Below are positions 63,371-64,000 of a stretch of 64,000 nt of DNA, in pieces. Position 1 is the stretch's first letter; each line of letters opens with the position of its first letter. Under the pieces are notes generated by a model. It did not search any database, was not told the origin of the DNA, and saw nothing but the letters and a program-made list of their open reading frames with translations. This stretch comes from Cetorhinus maximus (lineage: Eukaryota). The stretch spans positions 35,278,001 to 35,342,000 of the forward strand of contig NC_135881.1 of assembly GCF_964194155.1 (NCBI RefSeq). The letters are read 5' to 3'. The translations under genes were made by a program, and so were the position numbers.

Positions 63371-64000
63371 CACTTTGTTTAAACTGACAAAAAGCTTGCT
63401 GCTGGTTATTCAAATCATCCACACACTTAGGGGTTAAAAAAAACACACATGTTTTCCTCTCAAAAATTCACTGATTATGGACAGTTGGGAATGGGATAGG
63501 GATTTCAGATATTCTCTCTTACCCTCTCCATAACAATATCAATCAATGAAAAGAGTGGGTAACCCTCATGCACTAATGTCGACTGTGGTTATGTAACCAG
63601 TGAATCCCTCAAGACTTTTATTACATCTCACAGAAGCTAATAAAATGCCTTGGTGCTTCCAGCTTCAGGAAAGAGTGTTTAATGAAAGTTATATGAGCTG
63701 TATAGGATAGCATTTCAGTTTTATCATACAGTCTACAAGGGTGGTTAGAGAGATAAGCATCGGTCGAAGCAGCAGAGCAAGAACCAATTCTTATCAGAAC
63801 CACCTCAACTGTGCCGCAGCAACACAGACTTTCAATCAGGAGACTTCAATTTGTGAAACAACCATGGCCTGGTATAATAGGCAATTGAAAACTTTTGAGC
63901 AGAATGGAATGCTTAAGCACCTTGCAATTTTTTTCACAAGGTCATATATCAACAATTCACTTCACAATATATGAAAATGGAGTGACAGCTGCCAAGGCTG
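61188..64000 (-). repeat. Right arm of the inverted duplication, running to the window edge
   Basis: The last bases are the reverse complement of CAGCCTTGGCAGCTGTCACTCC at 57689. Confidence 0.95.

Noticed and set aside
1-64000. CRISPR arrays, rRNA genes, TnpB/Fanzor or other prokaryote-type systems
   Set aside because: No regularly spaced repeats, rRNA-like sequence or RuvC-like ORF was seen; the content is vertebrate transposon DNA

Overview
Eukaryotic, repeat-dense DNA with no recognisable intact host gene. The repeat families (HE1-type tRNA SINE, its HER1-type partner LINE, a DeuSINE, many CR1 LINEs, Neptune-type Penelope-like elements) point to a cartilaginous fish, probably a shark; this is an inference. 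The ORFs I can recognise are all transposon remnants: CR1/HER1/L2 LINEs, PIF/Harbinger transposase and Myb/SANT relics with TTA/TAA-flanked MITEs, three solo LTRs, and one decayed full-length Ty3/Gypsy element (51486-57600, minus strand). Four things stand out. (1) Five TSD-bounded Penelope insertions: four are clear fold-backs with a reproducible long-end/short-end asymmetry, and all five complete hammerhead-like motifs (in three of the insertions) have a non-canonical CUGUUGA core. (2) An inverted duplication with arms of at least 2.8 kb at the right end. (3) A MITE family with three conserved internal hairpins. (4) A candidate minus-strand promoter and first exon near 12.4-12.55 kb. All coordinates were read by eye; no database search was run.
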